Positions 56,785-64,000 of a stretch of 64,000 bases of DNA are shown here, piece after piece. Within the stretch, counting starts at the first letter, position 1; each line of letters begins with the position of its first letter. This DNA is from Chitinophagaceae bacterium. Lineage in GTDB: Bacteria > Bacteroidota > Bacteroidia > Chitinophagales > Chitinophagaceae. The position numbers and the translations under genes were made by a program. The stretch is taken from assembly GCA_035328345.1 (NCBI GenBank), contig DAOLIV010000004.1, positions 5,778-69,777 on the forward strand. Direction: 5' to 3'. The notes under the pieces are model-generated. The model was not told the origin of the DNA. It did not search any database and saw nothing but the letters and a program-made list of their open reading frames with translations.

Positions 56785-58056
56785 TCAGTTTAGCAGATCT
56801 GCTCCGAAATAAGAATGAAGAACAGCCGGTAAGTTTATTCCCTTTTCAGTTTGATTATTTTCCAGCAGGCAGGCAACAATTCTTGGTAATGCCAAAGAAC
56901 TGCCATTTAAGGAGTGAACAAGTTTGGTTTTACCATCAGCATCTTTGAAACGAATTTTCATCCTGTTTGTCTGAAAAGTTTCGAAGTTGGAAACTGAACT
57001 TACTTCAAGCCATTTTTTCTGCGCCGCACTGTATACCTCAAAATCATAAGTAAGAGCAGATGCAAAACTCATATCACCCCCACATAATTTTAAAATCCGG
57101 TATGGAAGTTCCAGTGTATTTAAAAGCTTTTCAACATGATTGACCATTTCGTCTAAAACATCATAGCTTTTTTCGGGATGAACAATCTGAACTACTTCAA
57201 CTTTATCAAATTGGTGAACCCTGTTAAGCCCACGGACATCTTTTCCAAAACTTCCGGCCTCTCTCCTGAAGCAGGGTGAAAAGGCGGTCATCTTAACAGG
57301 TAAATCGTTTTCCTTAAGAATCTGATCCCTGTAAATATTAGTAACAGGAACCTCGGACGTCGGGATCATATAAAACTTATCCTCAGGCATATAATACATC
57401 TGTCCTTCTTTATCCGGTAGCTGCCCGGTACCAAATGCAGTTGTTTCATTCACCATTAATGGAGGTAAGTATTCTGTATAACCTGCTGCCGTATTAAAAT
57501 CGAGAAAATACTGGATAAGTGCCCGTTGCAACTTTGCTCCTTTGCCTTTGTATAATGGAAACCCACTTCCGGTAATTTTTGCCCCGGTTTCAAAATCAAC
57601 GATATCATATTTTTTTATAAGATCCCAATGAGGAACGGCATCTTTTGATAATTGCCGTTTACTACCTCCTTCTCTTACGACGATATTATCGGCAGGAGTT
57701 TTTCCCGGTGGTACTTTTTCAGATGGAAGGTTCGGAAGTAAAACAAGTTTATCAGTAAGCAGTTTTTCTGTTTCAGCCATTTTATCCGCCAAAGGCTGAA
57801 TCAAATTTTTAATAGAAGCCACTTCCGCTTTCTTTTTTTCGGCTTCTTCTTTCTGCCCTTTTCCCATCAGCATCCCGATCTCTTTAGATGCTGCATTCAC
57901 TTTTGCCAGCAATGCATCTGACTCTGCCTGTATTTTTTTTCTTTCATCATCAAGAGAAATGATCTCATCTACAAGACCTGTTTCTGAAAAATTTTTAATA
58001 GCCAATTTATCTTTTACAGCTTTTATATCCTGTCTTAATACCTGTAACTGCAACAT
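56785..58056 (-). CDS. serS: Serine--tRNA ligase
   Basis: LPNLP, IPTSEVP, FRREAGS, GLNRVHQFDKVE, EVSSVSN, NGSSLALPR. Confidence 0.98.
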   Translation of the reverse strand: MLQLQVLRQDIKAVKDKLAIKNFSETGLVDEIISLDDERKKIQAESDALLAKVNAASKEIGMLMGKGQKEEAEKKKAEVASIKNLIQPLADKMAETEKLLTDKLVLLPNLPSEKVPPGKTPADNIVVREGGSKRQLSKDAVPHWDLIKKYDIVDFETGAKITGSGFPLYKGKGAKLQRALIQYFLDFNTAAGYTEYLPPLMVNETTAFGTGQLPDKEGQMYYMPEDKFYMIPTSEVPVTNIYRDQILKENDLPVKMTAFSPCFRREAGSFGKDVRGLNRVHQFDKVEVVQIVHPEKSYDVLDEMVNHVEKLLNTLELPYRILKLCGGDMSFASALTYDFEVYSAAQKKWLEVSSVSNFETFQTNRMKIRFKDADGKTKLVHSLNGSSLALPRIVACLLENNQTEKGINLPAVLHSYFGADLLN

Positions 58057-58088
58057 CTTTTTTCAATTTGCGGCAAAGATAGCTGATG

Positions 58089-58526
58089 CTACTTTACTTT
58101 ATTTTTATAAACATCGGGATTGTGAATATGCATCCACCTTTCAGTATTAGTTAATGGAACAAACCCATATTGGTCGTACAAACCATGAGCATCTTTTGTT
58201 GCCAGCATAAACCGGCGTAAACCCTGTACAGACTCATGTTTCATGATCTCTTCTATCAGCCACTTCCCTAATCCTTTTCCCTGGTAAGCTGCATCAATAA
58301 ACACATCGGCCAGGTAAGCAAACGTAGCTGCATCCGTTATCAGCCTGGCAAAACCAATTTGCTTATTCTTATCATAAATGCCAAAACATATTGATCCATT
58401 TACAGCTTTTTCAACTGTTTCAATTGGAATTCCTTCTGCCCAATATGTTTTTGATAAAACTGATTGTACATAGTTCAAATCCAGTTTTGATTTGTCTGTG
58501 CTGACCAGGAAATTTTCTCTGTTCAT
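58089..58526 (-). CDS. GNAT family N-acetyltransferase
   Basis: YLADVFI..YQGKGLGK, AHGLYDQYGF. Confidence 0.93.
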   Translation of the reverse strand: MNRENFLVSTDKSKLDLNYVQSVLSKTYWAEGIPIETVEKAVNGSICFGIYDKNKQIGFARLITDAATFAYLADVFIDAAYQGKGLGKWLIEEIMKHESVQGLRRFMLATKDAHGLYDQYGFVPLTNTERWMHIHNPDVYKNKVK

Positions 58527-58577
58527 GTTGCGGGAATAAAAGGAGGGTCAAATGTAGTCTCATTTTATCTTTGCCAA

Positions 58578-58931
58578 ATGACGCTAAGAAATGATGATCT
58601 GCAGCAACGCTGGTGGAAGCTTGAAGCAAAACTGATGGAACGCTTTGGTAAGAAGCCGGACATGGAGACTATTCTGTTCCTTATAGGTATACAGGAATTC
58701 GGGCAGATAAGGGAAAAATTTACCAAAGAACAAAAACAGGACCTGATGCATGTAGCTATTTGCAGCCTCCTTGCTCCCTGCGGCTACTACGAATTAGAAA
58801 AAGTGGATAGTGAGGGCTGGCCACATTTTAAACAATTGAAACCAATGCCGGATATGAGCATGCCGGAGCAGGAGAATTTTTTGAAGGATCATATATTGCT
58901 CTATTTTGAAAACAATGAATATGATAGTTAA
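58578..58931 (+). CDS. Hypothetical protein
   Basis: ORF with its own TATCTTTG -7 box; LFLIGIQE, KQDLMHVA, GWPHF. Confidence 0.8.
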   Translation: MTLRNDDLQQRWWKLEAKLMERFGKKPDMETILFLIGIQEFGQIREKFTKEQKQDLMHVAICSLLAPCGYYELEKVDSEGWPHFKQLKPMPDMSMPEQENFLKDHILLYFENNEYDS

Positions 58932-58940
58932 TCAAACTTT

Positions 58941-59654
58941 ATGAAAAAATTACTTCAAACACTTTTATTGTTAGTGCTCTCTCTTAGTCTTCTTGCCCAG
59001 AAAGATTCTACATTGAAGAAAAAAGACAGGAAGAGTGATGTATTGCTGCAAACCTCTTTGGGAGATATAGTGATCCGACTTTCTGATTCAACTCCATTGC
59101 ACCGGGATAATTTTCTGAAACTGGTAAAAATGGGCTTTTACGACAGCATCTTATTCCATAGAGTGATCAATCATTTTATGATTCAGGCCGGTGATCCGGA
59201 AAGTAAAAAAGCTATGTCTGGAAAACCATTAGGTAATGGCGGTCCTGGTTATACCGTTCCGGCAGAATTCCGGGCAACTTTATTTCATAAAAAAGGAGTG
59301 ATTGCTGCCGCAAGAATGGGTGATAATGTGAACCCGGAGAAAGCCAGCAGCGGCAGCCAGTTCTATCTCACACAGGGAAAAATTTTCACCGATGCCGGCC
59401 TTGATTCAGTGGAAACGTATCGTTTAAAAAGAAAAATTCCCGCTGAGCAACGGAAGGTTTACAAAATAATCGGCGGCACCCCGCATTTGGATCAGAATTA
59501 TACTGTTTTTGGTGAAGTTGTAAAAGGGTTAGAAGTTATAGATGCCATTGCAGCTGTTGAAACAAGTAAAGGCGCTGACCGTGACCGGCCTTTAAAAGAT
59601 GTAAGAATTATTAAAGCCAAACTGATTAAACGGAAAAAATATAAAAACAAATAA
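58941..59654 (+). CDS. Cyclophilin-type peptidyl-prolyl isomerase (exported)
   Basis: FHRVINHFMIQAGD, SSGSQFY, PHLDQNYTVFGEV. Confidence 0.96.
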   Translation: MKKLLQTLLLLVLSLSLLAQKDSTLKKKDRKSDVLLQTSLGDIVIRLSDSTPLHRDNFLKLVKMGFYDSILFHRVINHFMIQAGDPESKKAMSGKPLGNGGPGYTVPAEFRATLFHKKGVIAAARMGDNVNPEKASSGSQFYLTQGKIFTDAGLDSVETYRLKRKIPAEQRKVYKIIGGTPHLDQNYTVFGEVVKGLEVIDAIAAVETSKGADRDRPLKDVRIIKAKLIKRKKYKNK

Positions 59655-59677
59655 GCCCGGAATCCCGGGCTTATTTT
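59650..59677. terminator. Bidirectional terminator
   Basis: 11-bp stem AATAAGCCCGG/CCGGGCTTATT between convergent genes. Confidence 0.85.
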
Positions 59678-59695
59678 ATTATCAGATGCGTTAAC

Positions 59696-62149
59696 TTATT
59701 GTCCAATTCCCTGGCCACCTCCTTGTGTACGTTTGCTCTCATCTTCCAGGCTTGTCTTACGCTGGCGAGCAGCTTTTACCTGTGAATTACCAAATCTCCA
59801 GGATAGGCTCAGCTTCAGTTGCCTGCTTTCCCAATTACCTCTTGCAATGGTAGTTTGGCCGGCAAAATTGCTTTCTCCTTTCCACTTCATGGTATAGAAG
59901 ATGTCCGAAACAGAAACTTTAAAATTTCCCTGGCCTTTAAATATTACTTTTTGCAGACCAGCATCCAGTGTCCATAATGCCTTACTCTTAAATGTTCCAC
60001 CCCAGATTGACGGAGAGTTGTACCATCCGCTTGTCTCAGCTGTCCATTCTTTTTTCTTTCCAAATTTTACACTATGCTGCATGTAAATATTATAAGTAAA
60101 TACATCGAGGTTGATAACTCTGCTACCACCTCCAAAGTCTGCTTTATAGTGTGAATAGTTACCACTAAGGTTTACAAAGGCTGTGTATGATTTGTACATA
60201 AAAGGATAGCTAACATTTAACGAGACAACATTTTGTGTGGCCAGGTTCTTTTTACTCATGAAGGCTTTTGATTTTTCAGTTGTATCTACAAGCTGGGTAA
60301 ATACATCATCCACATGGCTATATGTTAAAGTAGTATTCAGTTTATACTTATACGTATTGGTCAGACTAATACTATTAGTGTACTGAGGTCTGAGGTTGAT
60401 ATTACCCTTTTGGAATGTATACTCATCCAGCTTGAACTCAAAAGGATTCAGATCCTGGTATGCCGGCCTGTCAATACGACGGCTATACGACAGACTCCAT
60501 TGTTTCATCGGGTTCTTGTTGAAGGTAATAGCTGCACTCGGAAAGAGGTTAGTGTAGTTTCTTTTGAATCCATCCTCAACATTTTTGTTTACTGTTCCGT
60601 CAGGATTCAGTGGGTAAGATTTACCGGTAAGATTTGTATTTTCCATTCTTACTCCAACTTGTATCATGGCGCCTTTTAATGGTCTGATGTAGTTAACATA
60701 TAATGCATTGATGTTCTCTTCATAATCAAACTGATTACTACGATCCAGATCAAGTGATTGCGTATTTCCCATTACATCATACCGGCCGAAATTATTTGAT
60801 GTGTTAACCAATGATGATTTAAATCCTAATCCAAGCTTTCCTTTCTTGAAATTTTGCTCATAATCTGCCTTTATTGAATAAATATCAATGTCTGTCGGAG
60901 ATATGAAGCGGTAAATAAATTCGTTGGTTTTTGTCTGACCATCAGGGGTATAATAAAAATTGGGTTGCAATTGATCCGATTTTGTACGATACAGGCCGTA
61001 ATCAGCATCAACATTTAATTCTCTTCCGCTTGTATCAGTGTAACGGTAGTTAATATTGAAGTTTACATTATTCCTTTCTGCAACTGTTTTATTGTTAGCA
61101 ATAAGCAATCGATCCACTACCCCTGTAGGCATATATTCAATAGAAGTTTTGCTATCATTAGTAAAATTATTATCAGAGAAATTTCCATTGATCAATACAC
61201 CTAAGGTATGTCTCTTATTAATGAAATAATCAAGCCCTGTTTTAAAACCATGACTTTCGTTATCCATTTTCATAACAGAGGCTTGATCAAAAAGCGTATC
61301 GGCTAATTCACGGGTAAGAAAAAACCGGTTACGGTTCATGTTGTTGTTATAATTATAGTTACCAAAAACATTAATCCTTTTATTGCGATGATTTAATGAG
61401 AGCCCTGCATTGTACTTGCTATAGTAACCAACATTATATCCTGCATTAAAAGAACCGTTTGTACCAAAGGTTTTATTCTTTTTCAAACGAATATTGATAA
61501 TACCGGCATTCCCTGCCGCATCATACTTGGCCGATGGGTTTGTAATGATCTCAATGGCTTCGACTTCGGAAGACTGAATATTTTTTAAGTAGGCAGCCAG
61601 ATCAGCGCCGGAAAGCGGTGTGGGTTTACCATCAATATAAACCTGGACACCATTTTTACCAGCAAGACTCAGATTATCATCTTTATCCACTAAAACTCCG
61701 GGGGATTTTCTAAGCAATGTCATTAAATCATTGCCAATGGCATTGATGGTCCCTTCCACATTCATTATCGTCTTGTCTGCTTTAACTTCTATAAGTGGCT
61801 TTTTAGAAGAAACAGTGACTCCCTGCAGGTTTTCAGCAACTTTTTGAAGCTTGATTCCTGGAATTGCCATATCCCCCGTAACCTCAAAAACAGCTGAATA
61901 ATATTTCTGATAACCAACATGGGAAATTGTTACAAGATATTTACCGGTAGCGGTTTGAAAACTATAATTCCCTTCCTTGTTCGTAACCTCAAGTTTGAGT
62001 ACAGATGAATCTTTTGCTGATAGCAATGAAACAGTACATTGCGAGACAGCAGCTCCTTGCTCATCTTTTACATTTCCGGAAATTTTCTGAGCATTTGCCA
62101 CAGAAAATAACAAGCTAAACACTCCTAAAAACACAGATAACTTTCTCAT
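59696..62149 (-). CDS. TonB-dependent receptor-like outer membrane beta-barrel protein
   Basis: Signal peptide, N-terminal regulatory-like domain, LRKSPGV, IEIITNPSAKYDAAG, RIDRPAYQDLNPF, LSLSWRFG. Confidence 0.93.
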   Translation of the reverse strand: MRKLSVFLGVFSLLFSVANAQKISGNVKDEQGAAVSQCTVSLLSAKDSSVLKLEVTNKEGNYSFQTATGKYLVTISHVGYQKYYSAVFEVTGDMAIPGIKLQKVAENLQGVTVSSKKPLIEVKADKTIMNVEGTINAIGNDLMTLLRKSPGVLVDKDDNLSLAGKNGVQVYIDGKPTPLSGADLAAYLKNIQSSEVEAIEIITNPSAKYDAAGNAGIINIRLKKNKTFGTNGSFNAGYNVGYYSKYNAGLSLNHRNKRINVFGNYNYNNNMNRNRFFLTRELADTLFDQASVMKMDNESHGFKTGLDYFINKRHTLGVLINGNFSDNNFTNDSKTSIEYMPTGVVDRLLIANNKTVAERNNVNFNINYRYTDTSGRELNVDADYGLYRTKSDQLQPNFYYTPDGQTKTNEFIYRFISPTDIDIYSIKADYEQNFKKGKLGLGFKSSLVNTSNNFGRYDVMGNTQSLDLDRSNQFDYEENINALYVNYIRPLKGAMIQVGVRMENTNLTGKSYPLNPDGTVNKNVEDGFKRNYTNLFPSAAITFNKNPMKQWSLSYSRRIDRPAYQDLNPFEFKLDEYTFQKGNINLRPQYTNSISLTNTYKYKLNTTLTYSHVDDVFTQLVDTTEKSKAFMSKKNLATQNVVSLNVSYPFMYKSYTAFVNLSGNYSHYKADFGGGSRVINLDVFTYNIYMQHSVKFGKKKEWTAETSGWYNSPSIWGGTFKSKALWTLDAGLQKVIFKGQGNFKVSVSDIFYTMKWKGESNFAGQTTIARGNWESRQLKLSLSWRFGNSQVKAARQRKTSLEDESKRTQGGGQGIGQ

Positions 62150-62177
62150 TATTAATCTATTTTGATGAATTGAGGGT

Positions 62178-62270
62178 CAAAGATACTTCTGTGTCATGGT
62201 ATTGTAAAAGCGATTACCGACCAATGGTGTAATTCCTGCTATGAACGGCCTGATTTTTTCGGCGAACTGC
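62178..62270 (-). promoter_or_regulatory. LytTR-type direct repeat (GCAGTTCGC-N12-GCCGTTCAT, 62241-62270) upstream of -7 box TATCTTTG (62178-62185)
   Basis: Two 9-mers with a GTT core and a 12-nt spacer resemble the LytTR consensus [TA][AC][CA]GTTN[AG][TG]. Confidence 0.55.
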
Positions 62271-62337
62271 GAAAATTTGTTTTTGTATTGTTCATTTTCA
62301 ATTGGTTTACTCATATTTGTGCCTCAAATAATTAAGT

Positions 62338-62715
62338 ATGAATTTTCCATCAAATCTTCGTTACACTAAGGATCATGAATGGGTTAAGCTGGAAGGCAAC
62401 ATTGCTACAATCGGTATAACTGATTTTGCCCAGAGGGAGCTTGGCGATATCGTTTATATTGACGTTGACACAATCGGTAAAGAACTGGAAGCCGGTGAAG
62501 TATTTGGGACCGTTGAAGCGGTTAAAACCGTTTCTGATCTCTTTTTACCTGTAAGCGGCACTATTACTGAGCTTAATCCTGCTTTGGCAGATGCTCCTGA
62601 GTCAGTAAATAACGATCCTTATGGCGCCGGATGGATGGTAAGAATGACTGTAAAAAACCCGGCAGACGTAGATAGCCTTTTAGACGCCTCTGCATATGAA
62701 CAGGTAGCAGGTTGA
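62338..62715 (+). CDS. gcvH: Glycine cleavage system H protein
   Basis: [22 protein letters not shown], lipoyl site [15 protein letters not shown]. Confidence 0.98.
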   Translation: MNFPSNLRYTKDHEWVKLEGNIATIGITDFAQRELGDIVYIDVDTIGKELEAGEVFGTVEAVKTVSDLFLPVSGTITELNPALADAPESVNNDPYGAGWMVRMTVKNPADVDSLLDASAYEQVAG

Positions 62716-62791
62716 ATCTAAAAATTTTCTTTGCCCGTATATGAACCAGGCATAAGTTTAAACTGTTAACAACTGTGTCTGAACCAACTAT

Positions 62792-63331
62792 TTGAACTCC
62801 GAAACCACATACAGCGAACAGGAGCTGGTGTTATTATTGCAGCAGCGAAATAATAAAGCATTTGGTTATTTATATGACCACTATTCGGCTGCGCTTTACG
62901 GAATCATAAATTCTATTGTAACAAACCGGGAAATAGCAAATGATGTATTGCAAAATGTTTTTGTCAATATCTGGAGAAAGATAGACTCTTATGATTCAGA
63001 AAAAGGCAGATTGTTCACCTGGATGTTAAATATTGCAAGAAATGCTTCTATTGATGAAATAAGGTCAAAAGGATTCAGAGATTCACAAAAAAACCAGTCA
63101 CTTGATGATAACGTAAATGTGACAGCGGGAGCGGCAATGTCGGTAACAGAGGATGTAGGATTAAGAAAGATATTATCAAAATTAAAAGAAGAATGGAGGG
63201 TTCTGATAGACCTCTCCTATTTCCAGGGGTTTACTCATGAGGAAATTGCAAAAGTGCTCAATATGCCTTTAGGAACGGTTAAGACAAGAATCAGAAGCGC
63301 TTTAAACCATTTAAGAACTGTGATAAAATAA
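62792..63331 (+). CDS. ECF RNA polymerase sigma-70 factor
   Basis: LYDHYSAALYG, FTWMLNIARN, GTVKTRIR; TTG start. Confidence 0.95.
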   Translation: MNSETTYSEQELVLLLQQRNNKAFGYLYDHYSAALYGIINSIVTNREIANDVLQNVFVNIWRKIDSYDSEKGRLFTWMLNIARNASIDEIRSKGFRDSQKNQSLDDNVNVTAGAAMSVTEDVGLRKILSKLKEEWRVLIDLSYFQGFTHEEIAKVLNMPLGTVKTRIRSALNHLRTVIK

Positions 63332-63333
63332 AT

Positions 63334-63999
63334 TTGAATATAAAAGAATACATATCAAGCGGTATTGTTGAGAGTTACGTTCTCGGGCTTGCTTCTGAAG
63401 AGGAAAGAAGTGAATTTGAACAGCTTTGTAAACAATATCCTGAATTAATTAAGGCCAGAACTGAATTTGAAATGGAACTGGAAGGTCTGGCTTTTAAAAA
63501 TGCTATATCTCCATCGGAAGATTTAAAAAGTAAAGTATTTAATGAAATAAATACTCAGACGAAGGTTATCTCCATGTCTATGGATTCTCTTGGAAGAACA
63601 AACTGGTGGAGGTATGTTGCTGCGGCTTGCATACTATTGCTTGCCGGAAGTATCTATTTGAATATTATTTTATCCAACAAGAACAACAAACTGAAGAACG
63701 ATTATAATAATACTTCGGCTGAGCTGGCTGTCATGAAAAAAGATATTGAAAAGCTCCGCGGAAATCCCGACGTTAAAATGGCGTCTATGAAAGGGACAGA
63801 AATATCACCTCAATCGTTCGCAACTGTTTATTGGGATACTACAACACACGATGTGTATCTTATGCTAAATAATCTTCCTAAACCTGCTTCTGATAAGCAA
63901 TATCAGCTTTGGGCTTTGTTAGATGGACAACCGATTGATATTGGCCTTATTGATAATAAATATTTTGTTGAGCAGGATAAGTTACTAGTCAGGGCAAAA
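63334..63999 (+). CDS. Anti-sigma factor, RskA-like; runs off the right edge
   Basis: Hand translation, not in the track: MNIKEYISSGIVESYVLGLASEEE..., TM WWRYVAAACILLLAG, DKQYQLWAL. Confidence 0.9.
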   Translation, partial: MNIKEYISSGIVESYVLGLASEEERSEFEQLCKQYPELIKARTEFEMELEGLAFKNAISPSEDLKSKVFNEINTQTKVISMSMDSLGRTNWWRYVAAACILLLAGSIYLNIILSNKNNKLKNDYNNTSAELAVMKKDIEKLRGNPDVKMASMKGTEISPQSFATVYWDTTTHDVYLMLNNLPKPASDKQYQLWALLDGQPIDIGLIDNKYFVEQDKLLVRAK

Positions 64000-64000
64000 A

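Noticed and set aside
62758-62781. TAAACTG...GTCT before the second ECF sigma as an autoregulatory promoter
   Set aside because: Spacing is 3 nt too short compared with the two matching ECF-type promoters.

Overview
A 64-kb chromosomal window from a Bacteroidota bacterium, probably Chitinophagales (inferred from T9SS C-terminal domains, TAnnTTTG-type promoters, no Shine-Dalgarno sites and gene content). It is densely coding. I found no rRNA, tRNA, CRISPR array, transposase or prophage. Left to right: a truncated TonB-dependent receptor (missed by the ORF track); two paralogous T9SS cargo genes; a signal-peptide TPR-CHAT protease; an F-type ATP synthase operon (atpBEFHA, without atpG or atpI); an ABC exporter; a 754-aa secreted unknown; a ~15-kb phosphate-starvation island (PhoB/PhoR-like pair, AlkP-superfamily enzyme, PlcP/LpxH-like phosphoesterase plus glycosyltransferase, TBDR plus surface lipoprotein, porin, DUF47 plus PiT, no pstSCAB); galE; a transketolase C-terminal half; an ECF sigma/anti-sigma/Spy-like operon; mreBCD-mrdA-rodA; kynA; purD; three tandem POT peptide transporters; DUF1800/DUF1501; serS; gcvH; and a second ECF sigma/anti-sigma pair cut by the right edge. 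The most interesting signals are non-coding. (1) A probable ~115-nt small RNA inside the Pho island, with its own Pho-box-type promoter, a terminator and an anti-start-codon segment. (2) Several 11-bp-period direct-repeat arrays, three of them in identical geometry to a degenerate -7 box. (3) A duplicated 5' leader with an unannotated upstream peptide in front of both T9SS cargo genes. (4) A shared ECF-type promoter (TAAACTT-N14-[CA]GTCT) in front of the anti-sigma gene and the DUF1800/DUF1501 operon. Family assignments come from motifs read by eye; no database search was run.
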